DNA of 63,708 nt, filler included, from Stramenopiles sp. TOSAG23-3 (Eukaryota), in NCBI GenBank assembly GCA_900128585.1. It is 8 parts of 8 records of this genome, joined end to end, with 100 filler letters (N's around TTAATTAATTAA, not from the genome) between each part and the next. Parts side by side here need not be neighbours in the genome. Positions count along the whole stretch, not along the records: positions 46,734 to 58,218 come from LT642737.1; positions 58,319 to 60,049 come from LT645474.1; positions 60,150 to 61,879 come from LT645475.1; positions 61,980 to 63,708 come from LT645476.1; 4 more parts are not named here. One strand, given 5' to 3'. Position 1 is the first letter of the stretch; each line of letters opens with the position of its first letter. Positions 53,670 to 63,708 of the stretch are shown piece by piece. Under the pieces are notes generated by a model, which saw only the letters and a program-made list of their open reading frames with translations, ran no database searches and was not told where the DNA came from. The position numbers and the translations under genes were made by a program.

Positions 53670-56510
53670 TTGTGTATCGGGCTTGCAACCTCGGCACCTT
53701 TGACCAAAAATAATGGTGTGCGGCGCGGCCTGAAGAGGGGCAAACACGCCGAAACAAAGACTCGCAAACGAAGAAAAGAGGACGGCAAAGGGCCAAGGTT
53801 AACCCCGCCGGTGGAAAAGCTGCCGCAGAACGTGACAAGGACGCGAGGCAACACGATACGCCGCTACGGCGTCAAAATAAGGTTCAAAGGCTTTCCCCTT
53901 CGCATCGGCTCGCGGTACTGCACGCCAGAGGACGCCAGCTTGGTGGCGTCCATTTTTCGTTCCGTCGCGATCATAGACTCGGAAGGAAACATTAAGTTCT
54001 CGCAGAAGCTTAGGCAGACGTGCCAAGATAGAAAGGTCTCGATGTATTTGCCCTTTACCCTCACCCCCATAAAGGTCTCGGTGGAAAAGTTCCTGGAAGA
54101 CTGGCTTAAGGAGTGGAAGCTTAAGCGGCAAGAACGAGGCGTTGCCCCGCAAAAAATGAAGCTTGGTGGGAACGGCCCGGGGAAGAAAACGACGCTGAAG
54201 AAGGCGGAGGTGGCGATAACGGTTAAGAGGGGGGTTGTAAAAGACGAGAAGGAGGTGGGCGCCAAGTCGCCGGACCAGTTCTCCTTTGCGGACGACAAGG
54301 CCACCCCGTCGGAGGAGCCGGGGCTCTTTCAGGTAGGGGACGAAGAGTTTTTGAACGAACCGATGCCCCTTTTTGGGCAGGACCAGATGCTTACAGATAT
54401 GATCCTGAACGGAGAAGTCGATGGGTCCCACTGGACTGAGACCGGGAAGGCCGCGGACCAATCCTGGGGGCACCTCGCAAAGGACACCTTGGGCGACGCC
54501 CAAAACGTGACAACAGCCCCAGCCCCCCAGGCCGACAGCGAGCCGCCATCCCGGAGAAGGGCGGAGGCGGACCCCATGGTCGGCTACATCCAAGGCCTCC
54601 TCTACCACGGGATGATGGTCGAACCGGTGCCGGGCGCCACGGCGCAACAGCAAGGGTGCATGGCGAACGTTCGGGAGGTGAATGACTCGGTCTATTTTAC
54701 GTTGCGAATTCCGGGCCAGCTGACCCGCCGGGGCAGGGAGTACCGCGAAAAAATTCACGCGAGACATACACACTACCTGGCGAAGAGCAGCAGCGGATCC
54801 AGCAATGGCTCCGACCACGACGACGAGCCGGACATGACGTCCTCGAGCAACGAGGGGAGCGTTTATGAGGACGCCGACCGGGACACGGCACCGGGACGAG
54901 TGCAATTGAACGCATTGACCCCCAGTGTCCTGAAGAAAGGGGGAGAGCCGTGCCAGGCACTGCTTGTGCACGGAAAGCTGCCTCCCAAGGCCAAAGTCCT
55001 GGTCGTGGGCCAGGGCGAGAAACGCATGACCCGGAGTTACGATCTTCTCTGTTCGGAGACCCCTAGTCGATGTGGGTACTTTGCAATCAATTTGAATGAC
55101 TTTGTAGTGGGTACGTACTTGGTACGGTTGCGGGTCGATGGGGACACCGTTGGATCGAGCAGCTGCGAGCTTACCATACTGAAAGACGACATCTCGACCA
55201 GCGCTTCTGTCACAAACAACCACCGCAAGGTAGCCCCCGTAGGGGAAGGCCGGGGTGGGGCCGGGACCACGGACTCAGTCGAGGGGGAAAGCCAGGCAGG
55301 CCGCAGCGATGGGCCGACCCAAGACGATGACACTGACCATTTCTTTCACGGGGGCGACGACGTGTTTCTCTCAATGAAGGCAAGAGAAGAGGTGTGCGCG
55401 GACATTGCCCGGATGGGTGGTGGAGGCTGCAGCGATCTGGACCTTGACCTAGACGTGGAGGACGATGAGAAGCCGGCAGAAGTCGTTCTGAATTTGGGGC
55501 ATTTCAAAGCGGACAAGGTGAATTTGGTGTACTTTGGGATCGCATTGTACATTTTCTTCGTTGCTGTGTTCGGGCCGATGTGGTATCGAACGGTATCAAA
55601 GACGCAAGGGAGCGATAAGTATTTGCAGAAATCCTTCAGGGCCATCGAAAATCTCGGAATATTGGAGACCTCGCGCACGGTGTGCAGATGGGTGACTGGG
55701 AATGCCGAACGATGCGCCACCGGGGTGAAGGCCATTTCGTATGGGGGGATGTTGTCTCCCGCGAACGTTTACCCAGTCGTCCGCGACCCAATCGTGCACG
55801 GTAGTAAGTTTCTTCCCCGATTGCTGCAGTTGGCCCCCCTTTTGTATTTTCCTTGTGTTATGGCACATTATCCGGAAAATCGGAAGAACCGTGATTCGTT
55901 CGCGTGGAAGCTCATTGGTGGAATCGCTGTACTTGAGTCGCTGATGGTTTTTGCCGCAGGGTACCATATGGTTTTTGCGCTTCCCAGCCTCCTTGTATGC
56001 GCGCTTGTGCTCGCATTCGACTGGTACACCAATGCTGTGCTGACGAAGGCAGAGTATGTATCAAATCGAACGCGCTACATTCTCAGGTTTAGCGCAGTGC
56101 TGTGTCTCCTTACGCTGCCGTTTCGCGAATATTTGGCATTTGCCTACGGCGGGTTGGGTGCTTCAACCGGAGCCTATAGTTACGCCACTCTTGGGTTTTC
56201 ACCACCATCACAACAAGTGTTTACCCAATGGTATCCCTTCATTGTGGGGGGATCCAAACCCGGGCGTGGGCTAAGCATACTCAAGAGCTATGCGTACCTG
56301 TTGCTAATGACGACGGTAATCTCATCGATTACGGCATTGGTTACCACTCACGACGTAGTCACCGTGTTCCAATTGGTCCCTTACTACCTTGCACCCAATT
56401 TGTTCATCGTCACGTTTGCCTTGCTTGTGCGCCAGAGCTACATATTTAATGTGATGCAACAACTAGAGGCACGAGGGGATTATTTGTGCTGGCCAGAATC
56501 GTATTTGTAG
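53670..56510 (+). CDS. Candidate membrane-tethered transcription factor (AP2-like, IPT/TIG-like, multi-TM); 5' end unresolved
   Basis: Basic NLS-like stretch; RRYGVKIRFKGFPLRIGSRYCTPEDASLVA; acidic region; VQLNALTPS...GTYLVRLRVDG...ELTIL; about 7 hydrophobic helices at the C-terminus. Confidence 0.6.
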   Translation: MCIGLATSAPLTKNNGVRRGLKRGKHAETKTRKRRKEDGKGPRLTPPVEKLPQNVTRTRGNTIRRYGVKIRFKGFPLRIGSRYCTPEDASLVASIFRSVAIIDSEGNIKFSQKLRQTCQDRKVSMYLPFTLTPIKVSVEKFLEDWLKEWKLKRQERGVAPQKMKLGGNGPGKKTTLKKAEVAITVKRGVVKDEKEVGAKSPDQFSFADDKATPSEEPGLFQVGDEEFLNEPMPLFGQDQMLTDMILNGEVDGSHWTETGKAADQSWGHLAKDTLGDAQNVTTAPAPQADSEPPSRRRAEADPMVGYIQGLLYHGMMVEPVPGATAQQQGCMANVREVNDSVYFTLRIPGQLTRRGREYREKIHARHTHYLAKSSSGSSNGSDHDDEPDMTSSSNEGSVYEDADRDTAPGRVQLNALTPSVLKKGGEPCQALLVHGKLPPKAKVLVVGQGEKRMTRSYDLLCSETPSRCGYFAINLNDFVVGTYLVRLRVDGDTVGSSSCELTILKDDISTSASVTNNHRKVAPVGEGRGGAGTTDSVEGESQAGRSDGPTQDDDTDHFFHGGDDVFLSMKAREEVCADIARMGGGGCSDLDLDLDVEDDEKPAEVVLNLGHFKADKVNLVYFGIALYIFFVAVFGPMWYRTVSKTQGSDKYLQKSFRAIENLGILETSRTVCRWVTGNAERCATGVKAISYGGMLSPANVYPVVRDPIVHGSKFLPRLLQLAPLLYFPCVMAHYPENRKNRDSFAWKLIGGIAVLESLMVFAAGYHMVFALPSLLVCALVLAFDWYTNAVLTKAEYVSNRTRYILRFSAVLCLLTLPFREYLAFAYGGLGASTGAYSYATLGFSPPSQQVFTQWYPFIVGGSKPGRGLSILKSYAYLLLMTTVISSITALVTTHDVVTVFQLVPYYLAPNLFIVTFALLVRQSYIFNVMQQLEARGDYLCWPESYL

Positions 56511-57268
56511 GTAACGTGCAAAGAAAAAGAATGATAATTGTTTTAGTTGATTTGCGCAAAGAAAAGTTCGCCCCTACTCTGGCGGGTGGGGGAGTGGTGA
56601 AGGAAGGAAATTCTTATTCTATTTTTTAATTATTTGAGTACTACTACCGGTACTTCACATTATAATTTATATTATCTCGGATTTCTTCTCCACCACCCCA
56701 CCACCAATCCCTCCCTCCCTATTATTATTATATTATTAATCTTCTTTTCTCTCGTTTCTCGAATTAATAGAGATCATCGAATCGACACCAACACCACACC
56801 ACCACACACGACTGAGAATATTATTATTAATAATTCATTATTATTAAAAAAATAAAGAGGAAGAAAGAAGAATGTGAACAAGAATATTATGAATTATGAT
56901 GATGATGTATGATAATAATAATATGATATAATACCGGGTGTGATATTATTGATGAATACCGGTACTTTTTTTTTTCAACAACAACTTTTTTTTTTTTATT
57001 TTTTTTTTATTATGGTATTATATTATTATTTATAACTCTTTTTTTCATCAACAACAACAACCACGCCGCACACCACCACACACACACCACCTCCTGAATA
57101 ATCGTTCTTCAATAATAATTTAGCAAGTGGATTTTTAACAGTGTTAGTTAACCTTTATCAAATGAATGGTCCAGTCACTTCAAAAAACCACAGCCGAATT
57201 GTTTCGTTTTGTACACGTTTTTATACGTCTTGCTTATATAGAACGACACCGACGTGTATACTTTAAGG

Positions 57269-58093
57269 ATGAAAATGAACCTACAACCTCGGTTGTTTTC
57301 AGCGTGTCTTTTGTTGGCTGCGGTGCAGTCGCTCTGCCCCACTGTTGAAATTGCGGATGGTATCTACATGCCCATGGTGAACCTTGGGCACCCGGATGGG
57401 AACAATACGATAAATGAAACTGCGTCGCTTGAATTGAACCAGGAACAAGTCGGCAAAGCCATGCGGGCCTCCGGACGAAGCAGGAGCTCCATGTTTTTGT
57501 TGACAAAAATCCCAAACGTATTGTCACGGGAGGACACCCTCAAATACATAAAGACGGACATCGCGCAACTCGGCGAGACGCCAGATCTTGTACTGATCCA
57601 CAGCCCATGCTATACGGGATTCCCATCCGGTGGGTGTACCCATGCAAGCAGGGAAGACATGCAGCAGGCATGGTTGGGGATGGAGGACGCACTGAAGGCA
57701 GGGTTGACTCGCTCCATTGGGGTCAGCAATTTTTTGAGTAAAGATCTTCAGCCCATACTTGACATGGGTGGAACGGTCCCGTCGGTAAACCAGTGCGAAA
57801 TGTACGTTGGCAACCACGACGATGAAACTCGCGATTTTTGCAATAAACACAAGATTGTGTACGAATCGTACATGCCATTGGGCCGGGGCAACCTGAACGT
57901 CCATGATGCAAGAATCGAAAAAATCGCCAAAGCTCACGGCAAATCCGTGTTCCAAGTGTGCTTGCGGTGGGTTATACAAACCGGGAGTCCTATGGCAGTG
58001 TCCGCTACAAAATTAAGCCACGATCTGTCGGATTTGGATATATTTGATTTCCAATTAACTGACAGTGAAATGGCAACTCTTGATAAGATGTAG
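57269..58093 (+). CDS. Aldo-keto reductase family protein with signal peptide, lacking the D-T-A-x-x-Y segment
   Basis: MPMVNLG, FLLTKI, DLVLIHSP, TRSIGVSNF, PSVNQCE, ESYMPLG, IAKAHGKSVFQVCLRW, IFDFQLT. Confidence 0.88.
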   Translation: MKMNLQPRLFSACLLLAAVQSLCPTVEIADGIYMPMVNLGHPDGNNTINETASLELNQEQVGKAMRASGRSRSSMFLLTKIPNVLSREDTLKYIKTDIAQLGETPDLVLIHSPCYTGFPSGGCTHASREDMQQAWLGMEDALKAGLTRSIGVSNFLSKDLQPILDMGGTVPSVNQCEMYVGNHDDETRDFCNKHKIVYESYMPLGRGNLNVHDARIEKIAKAHGKSVFQVCLRWVIQTGSPMAVSATKLSHDLSDLDIFDFQLTDSEMATLDKM

Positions 58094-59289
58094 TTTGTAA
58101 TTCAACACATACACATATATAATATAATTAACACACAAAAAAACAAGACACACACACACAAAACACAAAACAAATCTAAAAAAATTATACTACTCCTCTC
58201 CTCCTACCAAGGTATTATNNNNNNNNNNNNNNNNNNNNNNNNNNNNNNNNNNNNNNNNNNNNTTAATTAATTAANNNNNNNNNNNNNNNNNNNNNNNNNN
58301 NNNNNNNNNNNNNNNNNNTATAATACGAGCGAGAGGAACACACCTAAACGAGGAAACACATTTTAAATATTTTTAATTATTATGATAACAGTCGTTCAAA
58401 CAGTTGGTTCTCTTCACTTATATCTATGTTAATGTATGTATATAGCATTGATTAACCAGTGAAACGAATTAATTAGCGTTTCTCTTGATCGGTCAATAAA
58501 AGATTAGAGGGATGGATGGAGGAGATAAGATAATCCACTTACAATTAAGGATATGTGTTTATAGGGATAACGATGTGAAACCCTTCAAAATAATAAGTCC
58601 ATTTTAAATATAAGAATTTAGATGAAATCATTTATTATTTTTTAATTATAACTAAATAGAATTTAAAAAGTGATAACTAATACCTCTTTTATATACACAC
58701 AGCATATTTACTACCTATAGATACATATCCTTAAATATGGATTATTTTGGTCTTCTTTCCAGATCGATCTAATAATTTTAATATGTAACTTATACTCTTC
58801 CTATTAATATAGAGACGAGTTGCAGCCTATGTAGTGTATAAATCAAAGTTGTATTTTTGTATTTTGTATTAAATACGACGAATATATATGATAGAAAAGA
58901 GAGAGAGAGAGAGAGAGTAACTTTAAACTCAACATCATCACAGTATTGAAATTCCCCTTTTTATTCGAATTTACGTTAATTTATTAATTTAAAGTACTTG
59001 TATTTCTATGCTGTGTAATGTTAAATATATGATCATGTAATTTTTTACTATTATTATATATTATTTTTTAAACAACAACAACGTTTTCATTTTTTGTTTC
59101 AAATAAAATCATTGATCAAAATACAATGCGAGGTCTCATTGGATGCCATGAAGATACAAAGGGTTCATAAAAGCACATGAAAGTGGTACCGGGGTTGTGA
59201 CCAAGGATAAGTTCATCAGGAAAGAAAATAGTTTGATATTTGATCTGTTCTTTCAAATCGAGGATTGGTTGGTTTTTGAACGAACATTG

Positions 59290-60049
59290 ATGGAAGATCA
59301 AGCGGTAGCGCCAGATGGCGCTAATACAATTCAGCAGGACGCGGGCAGTGTGGTGTGGGCTCAGCCTGAAGCAAAGGGGGAGGTCCCCCCCGGGCGTTCG
59401 GGTCATACGATGACCGTCCTGGGAGACAAAGCGTACATGTTTGGCGGCTGCGATGAAGATTTGCCGCCTGGGCCAACGAACGCCCTTTACCGATTGCGTT
59501 TGTCTCCCCCAGATGCCAGGAACCCGATGGAGTGGACAGTGCCACGCGTGTCTGGCGACCCGCCGTTGGCCCGTTGGCTCCACAGTGCCACGGCCATTGA
59601 CAAGTACAGGGTGTTGTACTTTGGCGGTTTCCACAGCGACACAAACCGGTTGAACGATGTTCACATTTTGGATACAAAAACAATGATGTGGTCCCAGCCG
59701 CTCGAGAACATGGCAGAGTTCACCCCGAGGGGAAACCATATTCCGTCCAGCAAAACCAGCTCGGCAATGCCGTGCCCCCGTGGAGGGCACTCGGCGAGTT
59801 TGGTAGGGAAAGACATTGTTGTTTTTGGCGGGTACGGGGGAACTGGGTATGGTCGACGAGATTTCAACGACATCTTTCGTTTTAGCACAGAACGGTACGA
59901 ATGGTACAAAGTACCGAGCGTTAAAGGAAAAATACCCGAAGGCCGCTCCGGGCACTCTGCGTCCGTTGTGCAAGGGAAATTGTTTGTGTTCGGGGGCTGG
60001 AACGCCCAAGTTCAATTTCGCGATTTGAATGTGCTGACGTTTGCGGAGG
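59290..60049 (+). CDS. 3'-partial kelch-repeat protein, probably the N-terminus of an outer-arm dynein heavy chain alpha type
   Basis: Kelch blades PPGRSGHT, PLARWLHS, PCPRGGHS, PEGRSGHS; FGGC in blade 1 and FGGYGG in blade 3 as in kelch-bearing axonemal dynein heavy chains. Runs off the contig end. Confidence 0.65.
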
Positions 60050-60839
60050 NNNNNNNNNNNNNNNNNNNNNNNNNNNNNNNNNNNNNNNNNNNNTTAATTA
60101 ATTAANNNNNNNNNNNNNNNNNNNNNNNNNNNNNNNNNNNNNNNNNNNNGCCTAACTGCATAAGTTTAGATCATGCACTGGTTCCGTTTACGATGCTTAG
60201 CCCTCGACGAACACTTGTAAATTGTTTGCCCTCGAATGACCTGGAAATGCGGTTCCAAGGGACAATTTATTGAGAAATGGACGATTTGGACCAAACGCCG
60301 CCCACATGAACAGTTATTTGTTCGTGCGATATGAACAAATGAATGGTACGCGCTCAATTTCATGTATCTTAAACCACTTTTGACAGGTTAAATTTTTTTA
60401 AATTATACTTTATTCATAAAGATCTCTTTGTCTCAAATAGTTAACACAAAGGCCTTTGCAACTTTTCAATTCCGCGCCAAAGATACTTGACTCCGCAATG
60501 TTTCGTACTCTTTCTGTTACTTATGCTGTGTCTACATTGGGTCGGAGCGGGGAGGAGAGAGGAGGAGAGGAGGTGAGAATTATATTTTTTTTTTTTATAT
60601 TTTTTTTTTTTTTGAATTTTTCAGAAAAAGAATCAATTATTACAGTTGAAGTTTTCTATTTATCTACCGCCCAAAGCGGAGTGCTTATTAGTCGTCGTAA
60701 ATTGCAGACGATATGTTAATTTCGTGCAATCTGAAAGTTCACTTGTGATCTCGAATTTTTTTATTGGAATCTTGACTGCTGGTTGTATTTTTATGTTTTC
60801 GTTTCCTGCAGAATTTTGTCAGTAGGTTTTGTCTTGAAT

Positions 60840-61670
60840 ATGGGCACCGACGATGTTCTTGTCGTGTTTGCCGTCCTCCTTTCGGCGCCCTGTTTCCTTT
60901 TTTGTGTTTACTTTCTTTACGAATGCTTCGTTTTTGTACTTTTGTGTGTGTTTGGTAGAAAGAGGAGTGGGTTTATCCAGAAGTTTAATTGGACCATTCG
61001 AGATGGTCTGACGACGCTGTGGTGCTGCGACCGTGGCAAATGGCGTCCTGCGGAGAGCCAACGCCCCCAACTATGGCACATACTTTTTAGACCGCTGGGG
61101 CCTTTGCCCACCGGGACGTATGGGAAATATGAGTTCCACGATGGCGATGATCCGGGCAGGCATCCCAATAAGTGCGACTATTGTTGCAGGCGCACTGGGA
61201 TACACCTGACTAGAATAGAAATGTCGGCCGCTGCCAGTAATAAGAAAACAGAGTCGGACAAGGTGCATCTAAAAATCTGCTCTTTCCTGTGCTGTGTTCG
61301 TGCGGACTTGGCCACTTTGACCAAGGATAGGGTTTGCGATTGCTTGTTCATGCTGCTGGCCTCACTTGGCTATGGGGCATGCGGTTTTACTTGGTGCTTC
61401 CTTTTGTGGTTTATTTCCTCTCAGGTTGGCGGAGGTGCTCAACCGTTCTCTGAGTACTTTTCTTGGTCCGCTGGCACTGCGGGGGTTTTGTCCTTGCTCT
61501 GCCTCGTGTGCAATTGTGGGTATGTCAGGTACGAGCGATTTCCAACCCGCTTTTTTTCAAACGTTCGAACAACGTACGTTCCGGGCGCAGAAGTAGGCGA
61601 CGACAAAGGGATAGAACTGACGGATATATGCGCGTCAATAGAGGGGCCCATAGACGATGGAGACTATTGA
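60840..61670 (+). CDS. Hypothetical Cys-rich membrane protein (about 3 TM)
   Basis: ATG at 60840; hydrophobic N-terminal helix and two C-terminal helices. Confidence 0.6.
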   Translation: MGTDDVLVVFAVLLSAPCFLFCVYFLYECFVFVLLCVFGRKRSGFIQKFNWTIRDGLTTLWCCDRGKWRPAESQRPQLWHILFRPLGPLPTGTYGKYEFHDGDDPGRHPNKCDYCCRRTGIHLTRIEMSAAASNKKTESDKVHLKICSFLCCVRADLATLTKDRVCDCLFMLLASLGYGACGFTWCFLLWFISSQVGGGAQPFSEYFSWSAGTAGVLSLLCLVCNCGYVRYERFPTRFFSNVRTTYVPGAEVGDDKGIELTDICASIEGPIDDGDY

Positions 61671-61982
61671 GTGATGGGAAGAGTATGATACGTTCGTCGT
61701 TTTCATTAAAAAATTAAACAATGTAAAGAGATTTTCCCCCTTAATTATTAAAATAAATGCTGGACGACGGGGCGCTTGTCTTACAGCGAACAGAAGATCG
61801 CCCGGTATTCAGGTGGGACACTTTTATTTCGCCGTTGCGGTCTGGGGCTGCTTTTCTGATGCACCCCCTTGTAATTTTANNNNNNNNNNNNNNNNNNNNN
61901 NNNNNNNNNNNNNNNNNNNNNNNTTAATTAATTAANNNNNNNNNNNNNNNNNNNNNNNNNNNNNNNNNNNNNNNNNNNNAAC

Positions 61983-62085
61983 CGTAATCAACTTCCTCAT
62001 CCGATATCTCACTCAGAGATAAATCAACCCTTGTACCATCTTCCAAGCAGCGGCTTAAATGTTTTTGAGGTGCTCGTTGTCTGAC
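61983..62085. repeat. Dispersed repeat homologous to the 35102-35346 hairpin arms
   Basis: Shares taatcaacttcctcatccg...aagcagcggc...gaggtgctcgttgtctgac. Confidence 0.85.
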
Positions 62086-62122
62086 TTTGAAATCGGTCCT
62101 GTTTTATTAAAAAGGACGTTTT

Positions 62123-62150
62123 AAAACAAGAAAATTGGCTGTTTATATTT
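62123..62150 (+). promoter_or_regulatory. Conserved motif, copy 5
   Basis: AAAACAAGAAAATTGGCTGTTTATATTT, about 50 nt beyond the CNNM stop but antisense to that gene. Confidence 0.5.
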
Positions 62151-62198
62151 ACATTTAAAAGTTTATCAGCATTTGTTACGTGTCATAATCCCCTCATC

Positions 62199-63524
62199 CT
62201 ACACGAAAGAGTCACTGTTGTCCTTCCTACTCGACAGTAGTGGCGTCACTAACGATTCCTTGTTCACACTATTAATCGAATTTTCATCGTTTGCCTGTGC
62301 CTTTTTCTTCCTTCGCATCTCATGAACCATCGCAGCCGCCATCGCTTTCAATCTCGATTTTCCTTTCGAATTGTAACGGTGGTGGTTTCCGCTCCCCGTG
62401 TAATCAGATTCGTCCACAATGTCCGCCTGGATTATGCATTCAATGATATCTTCCAATGTGACCACTCCCATCATGTGAACGTTGCAAGGTATCTCCTTGC
62501 CTTCCGAAAAGGCGCGCTTCACCGCCGCGACATCGTTCACTATAATAGCTATGTGGCACCCTTTTGCAAATTTGGCAAGCGCGTCCAGAAGGGAATCGTC
62601 CGCGTGCAACACTAACGGCTTTCGGGAACACACTGCCCGGATAGGCTTCGGTTCGTCTGGGTTCAACAATATAAGGCGTTTCACCAGTATCATGCCGCAT
62701 ATATTGTGCTTGGTCTTACTGTACACCGGGATTCTAGAGTGGCCACTGTGCATTATTGAAACCATCGTCTCCGTGTCTAGTGTCCCTTCCGCTGGCAGCA
62801 TGTATACCTCATCCAACGGCGTAAGGATCTCCTTCAACGTGTTCTTCTTAAGGTCCAGGGCAGACTGCATGATCTGTATTTGCTCCTCACCAATGCCATA
62901 GTCCATGATCGCCTCCTTAGCGTTGTGCTTTCGCTCGACAATGTCGCTTGCCTGCTTTCGCAAGAGCCCTTTCAGCTCTGCCCGCCCGTGCCGCCCGTGG
63001 TGTTCGCTCCCAAGAAAACAGTCCAAAGCTTTCGCAATCGGGTAGCTGATTGGGTAGAACGCAAAGATCAAGGTCCAGACAAACGGTGTGAATGAGCTGC
63101 TTATTTGGAGCTGTTTGGGGCCTGTGAATACTGCACTTGGTAGTATTTCTCCAAACAGCAGCACTAAGCTTACGGACAGGACAATCGCAAGCCAACTAGG
63201 AACAATATTGTCCAAAAAAATCGGTAGGGCCTCATTCACACTGGCGTTCAACAGGAGCAAGGTAACCAGCAGAAGGTGGTGGTCTTTCTTCAAGGGGGCA
63301 ATCTTAGCAGCATATTGCTTCATCTTTTTCAGTTCTTTCCTTTCTTCGTCCGTGTCACAGTCTTCCATCTCCGTCACCATTATTTGCTGAAGGGATGCCA
63401 GTTCAATAGAAACCAGGCCCATAGTCAACCCAGCCGCCAACGAAGCGCCAATAATGCACGCAGTTGCCGCACCGGCGTTGTACCACCATGGCGGTGAAAA
63501 GATATCGATTTCTACGCCTGACAT
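62199..63524 (-). CDS. CNNM/DUF21 (CorC-HlyC family) CBS-domain metal transporter
   Basis: AGLTMGLVS, HHLLLVTLLLLNA...EALPIFLD, LFGEILP, SGHSRIPVY, GVVTLEDIIE...DIVDESD. Confidence 0.93.
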   Translation of the reverse strand: MSGVEIDIFSPPWWYNAGAATACIIGASLAAGLTMGLVSIELASLQQIMVTEMEDCDTDEERKELKKMKQYAAKIAPLKKDHHLLLVTLLLLNASVNEALPIFLDNIVPSWLAIVLSVSLVLLFGEILPSAVFTGPKQLQISSSFTPFVWTLIFAFYPISYPIAKALDCFLGSEHHGRHGRAELKGLLRKQASDIVERKHNAKEAIMDYGIGEEQIQIMQSALDLKKNTLKEILTPLDEVYMLPAEGTLDTETMVSIMHSGHSRIPVYSKTKHNICGMILVKRLILLNPDEPKPIRAVCSRKPLVLHADDSLLDALAKFAKGCHIAIIVNDVAAVKRAFSEGKEIPCNVHMMGVVTLEDIIECIIQADIVDESDYTGSGNHHRYNSKGKSRLKAMAAAMVHEMRRKKKAQANDENSINSVNKESLVTPLLSSRKDNSDSFV

Positions 63525-63708
63525 GCTGGCAATATAACGTAATCCCCTCCTATCTCGTGATGCCCACTAAGCTTTCAATAAATTCTTCTTCTTTCCTCTC
63601 CAATTCTACATGCCAAACCAATCTACAGAAAGAAAAGTGAGAAGAGGTGGGGGTGGGGCGGAGCTATGGATAGAAGAAGAGGAGGAGAACAACAACAAAA
63701 AAAAAAAA

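Noticed and set aside
53799-55223. Long antisense ORFs (also 32815..33915, 49814..50824, 16715..17701, 19186..20139, 59116..60015)
   Set aside because: Shadows of GC-rich coding sequence on the opposite strand; no recognisable motifs.
7759-60049. Apparent cluster of ciliary genes
   Set aside because: The genes lie on different contigs, so proximity is a concatenation artefact.
1-63708. tRNA, rRNA, snRNA genes, selenoprotein UGA readthrough or a variant genetic code
   Set aside because: None recognised by eye, and long conserved genes translate cleanly in the standard code. tRNAscan-SE and Infernal would be needed to exclude small RNAs.

Overview
This window is not one locus. It is eight eukaryotic contigs joined by artificial 100-bp spacers (N-run, TTAATTAATTAA, N-run): 1-11658, 11759-23346, 23447-34997, 35098-46633, 46734-58218, 58319-60049, 60150-61879 and 61980-63708. 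The genes are mostly intron-poor ORFs in AT-rich, microsatellite-rich intergenic DNA. Ciliary genes (DNAAF5/HEATR2, a kelch N-terminus resembling outer-arm dynein heavy chain alpha, a MORN/dynein-stalk-like protein) point to a flagellated protist; a marine stramenopile-type genome bin is my inference. Recognisable genes are GPN2, DNAAF5, a CNNM/DUF21-CBS transporter, an FN3-WW-HECT E3 ligase, a DUF3754 protein, an aldo-keto reductase, an Asp-box beta-propeller, an EF-hand protein and TM-LRR proteins. The main observations are: (1) a locus with two secreted precursors sharing R-x-L-L type sites and a C-terminal RRR(L/I)L tail, one carrying a cationic amphipathic AMP-like segment, flanking a TM-LRR-LNR receptor-like gene; (2) a ~25-bp motif, ACAAGAAAATTGGCTGTTATTT, found five times on four contigs, three times 30-46 nt after a stop codon; (3) a decayed transposon-like region whose duplicated copies differ only at inferred CpG sites; (4) a candidate membrane-tethered AP2-like/IPT transcription factor; (5) a secreted AKR missing its catalytic Asp/Tyr segment; (6) several foldback or MITE-like elements. 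Domain calls come from reading motifs by eye; no database searches were run.
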